37,661 nucleotides of DNA from Calditrichota bacterium (GTDB lineage: Bacteria; Calditrichota; Calditrichia; RBG-13-44-9), in contig JAJRXE010000322.1 in the NCBI GenBank assembly GCA_024276455.1, positions 1 through 37,661 of the forward strand. The letters run 5' to 3'. Shown here one piece after another: positions 1 to 8,003 of the stretch; positions within the stretch are counted from its first letter, which is position 1, and each line of letters starts with the position of its first letter. The notes under the pieces are model-generated. The model saw only the letters and a program-made list of their open reading frames with translations. It ran no database searches and was not told where the DNA came from. The translations under genes and the position numbers were made by a program.

Positions 1-826
1 CGGTGAGGTAGCTGGCAAAACGGGCCAGTTTGGCGCTTTCTTTCGGGTCGCGCAGGGTAATGAACGCCTCAAAGGAGGCGTTGTAGTTGAACAGGGCGTC
101 TTCGTACACCTCGTAGGGACCGATGACCACTTCAATTGTGTGATTCTTCAAATCCATCCAGGCCAGATCGCTGGGGTAATAGTCGTTGCTCAAAAAAGCC
201 TCGGCCCGGAGCTGCAAATAGCGTTTCAAGGTGGGGTTATCGGCATAATCCGCCGCCTCCCTTAACAACTGAGCCGCTTTGCTCAGCTGGTCGTGGTAAT
301 ATTGGGAATAGGGAATGGCTACCAAACTATCCCCTTTACGCCGGATTACCGTAAACTCCGAAGTAAAAGCTTTTTCGTCCTGGGGACGGGTTTTAATCCA
401 GCTCAGGAATTCCTCTTTGGTCATATCCTCGGGGTAAAAATTGGCTCCCAGCGGTTTGGGTGTCTCCCCGATGAACGGTTTATTATGGTCCAGCCGGTCG
501 AACGGCCCGAACATAATATTGAACAGTTCCAGGCGAAGTTTATCCAGCGGGTCTCTCGAGGTTTCCAGGCGGGCTTTAATCTCTTTATTTCGGGAGTAAA
601 CCTGATCCAGAAAAATATCGTCGATGATTTTAGAAGCGTGGTAGAGTTTCTCGACCACCTTCTGCTGACGGGCGTCCAGCAGGGATTCGTCGTACTCAAT
701 TTTTACGGGAACAAACCGGCCGATTTTTTGCTCCAGGATTTTCATCTCTTCTCCGCTTTGTTTTTGACATCCTGCCAAACCGATCGTCATGGCAAGCAGC
801 AATACCCACCAATGTTTACATTTCAT
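1..826 (-). CDS. DPP III (peptidase M49)-like zinc hydrolase lipoprotein; N-terminal part only, gene runs off the window start
   Basis: Absent from the ORF track because the ORF is open at the window edge. My minus-strand translation from ATG at 826 gives MKCKHWWVLLLAMTIGLAGCQKQSGEEMKILEQKIGRFVPVKIEYDESLLDARQQKVVEKLYHASKIIDDIFLDQVY..., with no stop through position 1. Lipobox LAGC; RBS GAAGGAG lies upstream. The N-terminal region resembles bacterial DPP3-family / Nudix-hydrolase-3 C-domain proteins from memory. The catalytic HExxH region lies outside the window. Confidence 0.6.
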   Translation of the reverse strand, partial: MKCKHWWVLLLAMTIGLAGCQKQSGEEMKILEQKIGRFVPVKIEYDESLLDARQQKVVEKLYHASKIIDDIFLDQVYSRNKEIKARLETSRDPLDKLRLELFNIMFGPFDRLDHNKPFIGETPKPLGANFYPEDMTKEEFLSWIKTRPQDEKAFTSEFTVIRRKGDSLVAIPYSQYYHDQLSKAAQLLREAADYADNPTLKRYLQLRAEAFLSNDYYPSDLAWMDLKNHTIEVVIGPYEVYEDALFNYNASFEAFITLRDPKESAKLARFASYLT

Positions 827-950
827 GAACGGCACTCCTTCTATTTTAATTGAATTCAGCATGGCTTCCGGCTTTGCCACGCTTCAAATTTACACACTTC
901 CGGAGAGAATGGGAATCATTTAATTTAAAATGGAATTTTTCCTTCTCATT

Positions 951-2267
951 TCAGGAGCGGCCGTATTTCTCTTCCCACCAGTTCCGCCAGGCTTGCAGGG
1001 CGGCCCGGTTCTCGCCCGGCCCCTTGAGGGCATCATACCCAAAGTTCTGACCGGCGGAAAGAGTGGTTAAGATTTCCAGCGCTTTCTGGCGGATGAAGGG
1101 AATCCGGCAGGATTCCAGCAGGTCAATTAAATGGAGCGCCCCCAATTTCTGATCCACTTCCACCAGCCGCTTCAGGACTTCGAACTGCTGGTAAGGATTG
1201 TCCAAACGATGAAACACTTTATCTAACTCTGCCACGGTGTGAATATTGCCCAACATCTCTTTTAATTCAGCGTCGGTAACCGTTAGCATTTTCCGGGAAT
1301 CCGTTTGTTCCGCCACGGCAAGAGCCGCTTCCTCCTTGGAGTGCGAATGGGTTCGAAAGGCTCTTCCCAGGCTAAAAAATGCGCCCATGGTTAAAAGGAA
1401 AACAGCGAAACCGATTCCCAGATTCCGAAAGGCGATTGCTTTGCGAGGGGCCCGCACCACGTAAAGCACCAGCGAAAGCAGCAACAGCACCAGCCCGTAA
1501 GTGGACACCACCGTGGGACCACTGGGCAGATCGGCCACGTACGAAACATAGAGTCCCACCATGGAAACAATGGTGCCCATGGTCCAGCCAATGACCAGTT
1601 GCAACCAGAGTTTGTCCGTGAGCATGATGGTAGCAATGGCGGGTACAACCAGAAAGACAAACACCAACAGCACCCCGGCGGTGCGCACCGAATGGGTAAT
1701 CACAATGCCGAAAGAAGCGTAAAACAGGAAATCCCACAATCGGACATTAATCCCCTGGCGATAGGCCATTTCGGGGTGGTTGGAGATAAGCAGGAATTTC
1801 TCTCGGAAAAAGAAATGAAAAGCTCCCACCAGCGCATAGACCACCGCCGCCGTCAGAATGGTTTCCCAGCGAACCCAGAGAATGCTTCCGGTCATGATTT
1901 CTTTGATGTGTTCCGCGCCGTGGGGTGCCCGGTCAATCACCAGAATGGCCAGGGCGGCGGCCAGGGCGTACACCAGGCCAATGACCGCCTCCTGAGGAAT
2001 CTTTTCGTTACGAATCCGGGAAACGGAAAAAATTGCCGCTCCAATCAGGGTAAACCCCAGCGAGAACCAGTAGGCGCCCGGACTGGTGGGATTAATTCCA
2101 AACAAAAAGGCAAAGGTAGTACCGAGAGCGGCAATCTGAGCCAGTGCCAGATCTACAAAGATGACCTTGCGTTTAATGACATGAATACCCAGGTAGGAAT
2201 GAATGCCGACCAGCACCAGGCATTCGGCGAAGGCCGGCAGCATGATTTCAGTCATGTTCACGTTCAT
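951..2267 (-). CDS. Metal (Zn/Mn/Fe) ABC transporter permease, ABC-3 (ZnuB/MntB/TroCD) family, with an extra ~130 aa soluble C-terminal domain
   Basis: Polytopic membrane protein (MNVNMTEIMLPAFAECLVLVGIHSYLGIHVIKRKVIFVDLALAQIAALG...) typical of ABC-3 permeases. I moved the start to ATG 2267 (RBS GGGGAG 7 nt upstream) from the track's TTG at 2285. A hydrophilic helical tail follows the last TM segment (HSHSKEEAALAV...ALEILTTLSAGQNFGYDALKGPGENRAALQAWRNWWEEKYGRS). Confidence 0.85.
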   Translation of the reverse strand: MNVNMTEIMLPAFAECLVLVGIHSYLGIHVIKRKVIFVDLALAQIAALGTTFAFLFGINPTSPGAYWFSLGFTLIGAAIFSVSRIRNEKIPQEAVIGLVYALAAALAILVIDRAPHGAEHIKEIMTGSILWVRWETILTAAVVYALVGAFHFFFREKFLLISNHPEMAYRQGINVRLWDFLFYASFGIVITHSVRTAGVLLVFVFLVVPAIATIMLTDKLWLQLVIGWTMGTIVSMVGLYVSYVADLPSGPTVVSTYGLVLLLLSLVLYVVRAPRKAIAFRNLGIGFAVFLLTMGAFFSLGRAFRTHSHSKEEAALAVAEQTDSRKMLTVTDAELKEMLGNIHTVAELDKVFHRLDNPYQQFEVLKRLVEVDQKLGALHLIDLLESCRIPFIRQKALEILTTLSAGQNFGYDALKGPGENRAALQAWRNWWEEKYGRS

Positions 2268-2342
2268 TTTGCGTTCTCCCCGCAATACATTGAATTGTAA
2301 CGGTAGTTCCGTTGCCTGTGAAAAGGTCGATCGGTTTCAGAT

Positions 2343-3392
2343 CTACGACACGGATTCTACCTCGTTAAAGGCAGCTTTTATATGAGAAATCCAGTAATCG
2401 ATTAACTGGAAGTAGTTTTTGACTTCCGGGACGCCGCCCACCGAAAGCGGCACAATAACCGCCTTTCCCCCGATCTTCTCGGCAATCTCGCGGACTTTGC
2501 GCTCGTCGAAATAATTGGCCGCCAGAATTACTTTTACATGATATTGCCGCATTTTCTGAATCAGTTCTTCCACATGGCGGGGCGAAGGCGGAATCCCCGG
2601 CTTCGGCTCCACGTAACCGATGATGTCTAACCCAAACAATTGCTGGAAATACGCCCAATTTTTATGATACGCCACCAGTTTTTTTCCTCGCAACGGCAAC
2701 ATTTCTTTCATCCAACCGCCCAAATAATCAATTAATTTTTTCCCCTGAAACGTCTGGGATTGGAGAAAGGGAATGAGTTGATTGGAAAGAGCCAGACGGG
2801 TTAACATGTCTCCGCCCAGAATCTGCACCAGTTTTTCGCCGAACAGGCGGTTGTCTATTTCCTGCTTAAACTGTTTCAAACGAGCCTGGAAAAGATCGCA
2901 ATCCTGCGGGGCTACTTTGCAGAGGCCAATGGTAATGTTCTCGGCAATAATTTTAGCGTTAAGGGGACTGGTGTGGATGTGCGGATTACCGTAAATGTGC
3001 ACATCGCCCTGACTGCGATCCATGGTGGTGGGCACTTCCAGCATTTTTACCCCATCCGCTACCGCCACGTAGCCAGGCTGACCACTCCGGATTTTGGGAT
3101 TACGCGATTTGTCCACCAGAGTGGGCGCCCAGAGTTCCAGATCCAGGCCGGTTTCCACAAACAAATCAGCGTTGCTCAACCAGACGGCAAAACTGGGTTT
3201 GGGTTTCACAAAATGGGCGTCCTGGTCGCCCTGCACAATGGCTTTTACCTCCACTTTGTCGCCACCAATGTACTTGGCAATATCGGCGTAAACGGTCAGG
3301 GTGGTAACCACCCGGATTTTCGATGCCGCAAACAGGGTGAACGTCAGGGTTACCCAAAGCACTAAAACCAACCAAAACCGATATATTTTCAT
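2343..3392 (-). CDS. Metal ABC transporter substrate-binding protein (ZnuA/TroA cluster-9 family)
   Basis: Signal peptide, then KIRVVTTLTVYADIAKYIGGDKVEVKAIVQGDQDAHFVKPKPS and GDVHIYGNPHIHTSP, which are typical metal-liganding His motifs of the ZnuA/TroA fold. RBS AAAGGAG. Sits directly upstream of the permease. Confidence 0.85.
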   Translation of the reverse strand: MKIYRFWLVLVLWVTLTFTLFAASKIRVVTTLTVYADIAKYIGGDKVEVKAIVQGDQDAHFVKPKPSFAVWLSNADLFVETGLDLELWAPTLVDKSRNPKIRSGQPGYVAVADGVKMLEVPTTMDRSQGDVHIYGNPHIHTSPLNAKIIAENITIGLCKVAPQDCDLFQARLKQFKQEIDNRLFGEKLVQILGGDMLTRLALSNQLIPFLQSQTFQGKKLIDYLGGWMKEMLPLRGKKLVAYHKNWAYFQQLFGLDIIGYVEPKPGIPPSPRHVEELIQKMRQYHVKVILAANYFDERKVREIAEKIGGKAVIVPLSVGGVPEVKNYFQLIDYWISHIKAAFNEVESVS

Positions 3393-3412
3393 GATCTCAC
3401 TCCTTTCACTGT

Positions 3413-4669
3413 TTAGTAACGTTCGTGTTTATGGGGACCGACCGCCCAGTCAATCTGCAGCGTCAGGCGATTGTCTGTGGCGTCCAGATTGTAACCTGCC
3501 TGGTGCTGGTATTCCAGGCGAAGCAGCACAAATTCACTCTGCCAGAATGTTAAATAAGGCACCACCTGCCAGGTGAGTTGATTGGCGTTGTCCGGTACGG
3601 GAGGTTGCGCCACGTCCACCCGCACCCCGCCGATGAACTGACGGGAGAACCGGTAATCCAGGTAGGTGTACCCTCCCAACGCCTTGATCCGGTCGCTGCC
3701 ATTCAGATCTTTGTTCAAGTAGAACAGCTCGGTGCGCCAGGTAATGCCGCGGTAAAGAGCCTGATTAACCGGCGACCAGGAAAGGGTGAAATCCAGCCCA
3801 CCCAGGTAGGTCCAGCGGTGGTCAGCGGAAAAGGTGAACCCCAGAGAATCGTTGGTACCGGCCAATCCGGTGACTCCCCATTCAAAATAGGTGTCGCGAC
3901 TCAGATCGTAGTAATTTTTCCAGTGCAGGAGGGTGGCTGGCAAGCCAAAATTCTCTCCGCTAAACAACTGTGCGTTCTGGGAATTGGTAATTTCCAGGGT
4001 CAGTTCGTTGGCATGAGCCGTGAAGGAGGGCATCAGCCAGTTCACCGAAACACCAACCTGATTTAATCCCTCTTCGCCCATGTAAAGTTGAATGGGCAGT
4101 GGGAAAGCGCTTTGGTCCAGGGCATGCTGGTGCCAGCGATTGATGACTCCGAACTGCTGGCGGAATTTTCCGGCGGTAAGATTAATACGGGGCAGCACAT
4201 TAACCCAGGTAACATAGGCCTCGCCGACACCCACACCGTCTGCACCAAACTCGATGGCTACCTTCGCGAAACTAAAAGGGTCGAGGTTGGATTGAATGTG
4301 TAATCCCAGTACCCGGAAGAGAAAACCGCTGCGAGCTTCGTCGGTGTAATGGGGACTCTCAATTAAATAGCGGGTTAACATGTCCCCGGTCACACTGATT
4401 TCGGGATTGAGGGCCTGCAAACTGCGGGCACCCTCCCGAAAGGTTTTGGTTACCTTCCGTTCTTCCTTTTGCTGGGCCGCTTCCAGCGCCGCCCGTTGCA
4501 ACTGTTCAATCTCTTGCTTTGCTGACTCCCGGGAAAGCTGATCCACCTGCTGTTTCAATTCCTGAACCATTTTTTGCAGCGAATCCACCCGGGCTGTAAC
4601 CGCCTCTTCCTGGCCGGACACAGATCCAATACCCACCAATAGAATTATTAGCATGGTTAACCGCTTCAT
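3413..4669 (-). CDS. Putative outer-membrane beta-barrel porin with N-terminal coiled coil, first large gene of the metal-uptake operon
   Basis: Signal peptide MKRLTMLIILLVGIGSVSG, a ~60 aa Q/E/K-rich coiled coil, alternating amphipathic beta-strand-like sequence, and a C-terminal aromatic residue (..HKHERY). Start set to ATG 4669 (AGGAGG 9 nt upstream) rather than the track's GTG at 4675. Only 20 nt separate it from the downstream SBP gene. Confidence 0.6.
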   Translation of the reverse strand: MKRLTMLIILLVGIGSVSGQEEAVTARVDSLQKMVQELKQQVDQLSRESAKQEIEQLQRAALEAAQQKEERKVTKTFREGARSLQALNPEISVTGDMLTRYLIESPHYTDEARSGFLFRVLGLHIQSNLDPFSFAKVAIEFGADGVGVGEAYVTWVNVLPRINLTAGKFRQQFGVINRWHQHALDQSAFPLPIQLYMGEEGLNQVGVSVNWLMPSFTAHANELTLEITNSQNAQLFSGENFGLPATLLHWKNYYDLSRDTYFEWGVTGLAGTNDSLGFTFSADHRWTYLGGLDFTLSWSPVNQALYRGITWRTELFYLNKDLNGSDRIKALGGYTYLDYRFSRQFIGGVRVDVAQPPVPDNANQLTWQVVPYLTFWQSEFVLLRLEYQHQAGYNLDATDNRLTLQIDWAVGPHKHERY

Positions 4670-4734
4670 GAACACACTCCTCCTGTTTGGTTGAATAAAA
4701 GCCCGTCAATTTGAACTTTTGTGATTTGGGGAGG

Positions 4735-5016
4735 TTATTTTTGCGGAGGAGCGCGGTTGAAACGGGTGATGAAATGAGGTTGAGGGGCAAGAAACTTTTC
4801 GAAGGAATGAAACGGGGTAATTTGAGGTAGGTTAAAAGCAAAAAGGAACCAAACGACGACTACGAAAGCAGCGGAAAGCACCAGATTGAGTAAATAAACC
4901 GGACAATGAGGGCTCTCGGTAATTTTGGGAGAATGGTTGTGAAAGAAGGGATTCCCGATTAACACAAACAGGAAAAAGAGCAGCAGTAGTAAAATTTTGA
5001 AACGTCGGGAAATCAA
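4735..5016 (-). CDS. Small hypothetical two-TM membrane protein with a His/Cys-rich loop (FFHNHSPKITESPHCP)
   Basis: 93 aa ORF with TTG start preceded by AAGGGGGAA. Same strand as the porin gene and 59-65 nt upstream of it. No family recognised. Confidence 0.4.
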   Translation of the reverse strand: MISRRFKILLLLLFFLFVLIGNPFFHNHSPKITESPHCPVYLLNLVLSAAFVVVVWFLFAFNLPQITPFHSFEKFLAPQPHFITRFNRAPPQK

Positions 5017-5051
5017 AGAAACTTCCCCCTTTCTGCGAACATTTTACATTC

Positions 5052-5081
5052 CAAAATTAACAATCTAGATTAAAATTGCAA
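5052..5081 (-). promoter_or_regulatory. Candidate FCB-type promoter (-33 TTG / -7 TAATTTTG) for the metal-uptake operon
   Basis: On the minus strand: TTGCAATTTTAATCTAGATTGT-TAATTTTG, ending 35 nt upstream of the TTG start at 5016. It matches the Bacteroidetes-style TAnnTTTG -7 element with a TTG ~19 nt upstream. The 8-bp palindrome ATTGCAAT overlaps the -33 element. Confidence 0.3.
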
Positions 5082-5170
5082 TAAATTTGATGATTTGTTT
5101 GTGAAAAAGTTCCGGTGGGTCGATTTTTTTCAATTTTGCAATGTCGGGTAAGACGAGGCAAGAGATTGGG

Positions 5171-5241
5171 AAACGCCCTTAAGGGCGTTTTGGCGCAAGG
5201 GGGTTAACCCCCTTTCGGCGGAAGGCCGTTAACGGCCTTCC
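5171..5241. repeat. Three tandem GC-rich palindromes (hairpins), each centred on TTAA, just downstream of the thyX stop
   Basis: AAACGCCCTTAAGGGCGTTT (5171-5190, perfect 20-mer). AAGGGGGTTAACCCCCTT (5197-5214, perfect 18-mer). GGAAGGCCGTTAACGGCCTTCC (5220-5241, perfect 22-mer, extendable with one bulge to 5216-5246). Likely a 3' stem-loop or terminator cluster. Confidence 0.8.
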
Positions 5242-5261
5242 CGCCGCCCTGCCGTACCTTT

Positions 5262-6194
5262 TTACTCTTCCTCTTTCCAGGGCGGCTGAATCCCCAGCCG
5301 GGCCAGCTTTTCCTCAAATTCCAGACGCTCCCGATTGCGCACCAGGCGTCCATCCCGGCGTTTCAGCCAGCCGAATTCTTCCGCTAATTTCACACACTCC
5401 TCCCACTTATCCTGCACAATCTTGCTCAACAATTCCAGCTCCAGACGGGAAAAACTCTCTGCCTGCAGCTGGTAATCCAGAAACGCCTCCCAGGTAAGGG
5501 GATACCAGCGCCGCACAATCTCGTGACCAATAATATTGGCATACTGGCGGATTTCCCACTGGGCGTTGGGTTCCATGCGCAGTTTCAGGAAATGAAGCAG
5601 GTTGTGGAGGTCAATTTTCCAGTAAGCTTCCGTGTAGGTGGCCAGCGGAAGGTCTTTGCGTGCCTGTTCCCGGGCGATCCCGGCCTGGAGACGTTCCTCG
5701 TACACCTCGCGGGCCAGGCTCTGCAATTGCGCCTCCCGCTCGGTAAAGTGGGCTCCCTGCTCAGGAGGTAGTTTTCCCTCGCTACCCTGCCGGTTTCCTG
5801 TCGCCTGCAACCGCCACTCTCCCGGCGCCGTCGTGTAAGCTGCATCAATGGCAATGGAATATCTTGTCGAGTACTCATTAATGGAAGCCGTTCTGTGGCG
5901 CACCCACTGCCTCCAGGTGTCCATAGGAACCCGCACATGCAGTTTAAGCTCGCACATTTCAAACGGGGTGGTATGCTGGTGACGCATCAGGTAACGAATC
6001 AGTCCCCGGTCTTCATGCACTTTTTTGGTCCCTTTCCCGTAGGACACCCGGGCCGCCTGTACCACCGCTTGATCGGAACCCAGGTAATCAATTACCCGGA
6101 CGAATCCGTCGTCCAGTACTTTAAACGGTACACCCAGAATCTCGTCCAATTCGGGAACCGAAATCCGGGAGAGTTTCTCGAATTTTTCCGCCAC
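5262..6194 (-). CDS. thyX: FAD-dependent thymidylate synthase ThyX
   Basis: Contains the ThyX signature RHRTASINEYSTRYS (RHRxxSxxxxSxR) and typical flanking sequence (HTTPFEMCELKLHVRVP). GTG start after AAAGGGAAAA. Confidence 0.95.
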   Translation of the reverse strand: MAEKFEKLSRISVPELDEILGVPFKVLDDGFVRVIDYLGSDQAVVQAARVSYGKGTKKVHEDRGLIRYLMRHQHTTPFEMCELKLHVRVPMDTWRQWVRHRTASINEYSTRYSIAIDAAYTTAPGEWRLQATGNRQGSEGKLPPEQGAHFTEREAQLQSLAREVYEERLQAGIAREQARKDLPLATYTEAYWKIDLHNLLHFLKLRMEPNAQWEIRQYANIIGHEIVRRWYPLTWEAFLDYQLQAESFSRLELELLSKIVQDKWEECVKLAEEFGWLKRRDGRLVRNRERLEFEEKLARLGIQPPWKEEE

Positions 6195-6299
6195 AATTTT
6201 CCCTTTGTTTTTTCCCTTCCGGGCGGAAATTTAACCACGGAGACCCTCGTTTACAAGTCTTTCCCGATTGAGCCCGGTAAGAGGTTCCCCGGGACCTGC

Positions 6300-7355
6300 T
6301 TATTTAGCCAGGAATTGTAACGGCGTGTACCCCAACCCATCCGGTTGTTTACCGGTGGGCAGATAATTCACCACTTCCCAGCGGGTTAAATCAATCACGG
6401 CCACCGCATCGGCATTGCTGTTGGCCACATAAGCTACTTTCCCCGAGGGGTGAATTAAAATACCGATGGGAACCGGACTCTCACCAAACACATCGCGGAA
6501 AAGTCGGTTGTCTTTGTCACCTCTGGCAGCCAGCTTCATTGGAATCCGATGAATCAGCTGGCGGGTTGCCACCTGAATAGCCGCCACGTCACCGGATTTA
6601 GGACAACTGACCAGCGCCCATTGCCCGTCCGGGGTAAACTGCAGTCGGATGGGGAATCCTGGACAGGGAATGCTCCTGACTACTTTCAAGTCGTTCACCC
6701 GAATAATGCTAATGGTATCCTCTGCTCGATTGGTAACCCACACTTCCTTCCCATCCGGGGTAATGGCCAACCCCTCGGCTCCTTTTCCCGTTTTAATAAT
6801 CTTTTTAACCGTACCGGAAACCAGATCAATCACGCTAACCGAACCGGAACGAATATTAGCCACGAAAGCCAGACGGGCATCGGGCGTTAGCACCACCATA
6901 TGACTGACCTCCTGCTGCGTATCGAGGGCTTTCTCCACCATTTTTCGTTTCACATCCACAATCAGGAGGGCTTTATGGGATTCTGCCGTAACCAGCAAAT
7001 GCCGACCGTCGGGAAAAAACACCAGGCCGTGCGGTTTGCTGTACTTGCCAAGATCTATTTGAACGATCCTTTCTTTCTTTTCCAGATCAATCACGGTTAA
7101 AGAAGCACCGGGATTATGTTCCACATAATTACTCACCACCGCCAATTTTCCATTCGGCGAAACCGCCACTTCGTGGGGATTCGTCCCGGCGGAAAAGGTG
7201 AGCACCGCCTTTCCAGTACGCAGATCCAGCAGGGCGCCGTTTGCCTCGGATTTGTTCAGCACAATCAGCGTTCCCTCAGAGGAATTTCCCTCCGGTTGGC
7301 CCGCCAGAATCACCGCGATGCAAAGAAAAAAAATCAGCCCGAGTACCTTTCTCAT
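6300..7355 (-). CDS. Secreted YVTN-type beta-propeller repeat protein
   Basis: Signal peptide, then ~40-residue repeats of the form P.G(L/V)A..PDGK..(Y/W)V.N....VSVID, as in YVTN / cytochrome-d1-like propellers. RBS AAGGGGG. Confidence 0.75.
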   Translation of the reverse strand: MRKVLGLIFFLCIAVILAGQPEGNSSEGTLIVLNKSEANGALLDLRTGKAVLTFSAGTNPHEVAVSPNGKLAVVSNYVEHNPGASLTVIDLEKKERIVQIDLGKYSKPHGLVFFPDGRHLLVTAESHKALLIVDVKRKMVEKALDTQQEVSHMVVLTPDARLAFVANIRSGSVSVIDLVSGTVKKIIKTGKGAEGLAITPDGKEVWVTNRAEDTISIIRVNDLKVVRSIPCPGFPIRLQFTPDGQWALVSCPKSGDVAAIQVATRQLIHRIPMKLAARGDKDNRLFRDVFGESPVPIGILIHPSGKVAYVANSNADAVAVIDLTRWEVVNYLPTGKQPDGLGYTPLQFLAK

Positions 7356-7510
7356 GTTAACCCCCTTGGTTAGTTGCTGGTTGTTTTTCTTCTGGATTAA
7401 AATTTTTCCTTAAGCTTTTTGTAATGAGATTTATTCCCAAATAAAAGTAAAAAATGGCCTTCGGACAAGAAAATTTTCTCCGATTTTGAAAAAATTTTGC
7501 CATCCTACGA

Positions 7511-7518
7511 TATTTTTG
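7511..7518 (+). promoter_or_regulatory. Candidate -7 box TATTTTTG (TAnnTTTG type) upstream of the ferredoxin gene
   Basis: TTTG at 7485-7488 lies 22 nt upstream. The AT-rich region also holds the direct repeat TTTTGAAAAAA (7484-7494 and 7514-7524) and the inverted repeat AAAATTTTGC (7491-7500) / GCAAAATTTT (7525-7534). Confidence 0.25.
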
Positions 7519-7599
7519 AAAAAAGCAAAATTTTACTTGCGTTCCGCCCCTCCCTCTCTTTATTCTTTTCCCGGGATATTTAGACGAAAAGGAGTAGCA

Positions 7600-7929
7600 A
7601 TGACATACATTATTACTCAACCCTGCGAAGGTGTCTGCAATACCAGTTGCGTGGAAGTGTGCCCGGTGGACTGTATTTACCCACCCCCAGGATTCACTTT
7701 AAGTCCAGAGGACAAAGCCCGAATGAAAACCCAGGGTGCGATGCTTTACATTCATCCGGAAGAATGCATCGATTGTGGGGCTTGTGAGCCGGAATGCCCG
7801 GTGAATGCCATTTTTCCCGATGACGAAGTGCCCGAAAAGTGGAAGGAGTACATAGCGATTAATTACCAGCGCTTCGGCCTTCCCCTGCCGGACGATCGCG
7901 ACCCCGAGGAAGATTTCTTCGAATTTTAA
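7600..7929 (+). CDS. fdxA: 7Fe-type (3Fe-4S + 4Fe-4S) ferredoxin, FdxA-like
   Basis: [27 protein letters not shown]...[24 protein letters not shown] matches the Azotobacter/Mycobacterium FdxA pattern. Start moved to ATG 7600 (AAAGGAG upstream); the track's N-terminal 38 aa extension is non-coding in character. Confidence 0.9.
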   Translation: MTYIITQPCEGVCNTSCVEVCPVDCIYPPPGFTLSPEDKARMKTQGAMLYIHPEECIDCGACEPECPVNAIFPDDEVPEKWKEYIAINYQRFGLPLPDDRDPEEDFFEF

Positions 7930-7950
7930 TTGCCTCCTCAAACGAAGCAC

Positions 7951-7986
7951 AGCCCCTCCACATTCGAACTTACGGAGGGGCTTTTT
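7951..7986 (+). terminator. Rho-independent terminator after the ferredoxin gene
   Basis: AGCCCCTCC-(14 nt loop)-GGAGGGGCT followed by TTTTT. Confidence 0.7.
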
Positions 7987-8003
7987 AATTGGAATCGGAC
8001 GCC

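Noticed and set aside
2797-4384. An identical 14-mer, CGGGTTAACATGTC, occurs at 2797-2810 (SBP gene) and at 4371-4384 (porin gene).
   Set aside because: Both encode the same short peptide, GDMLTR, in unrelated protein contexts. Identity ends immediately outside the 14-mer, so this is a coincidence rather than a repeat element.
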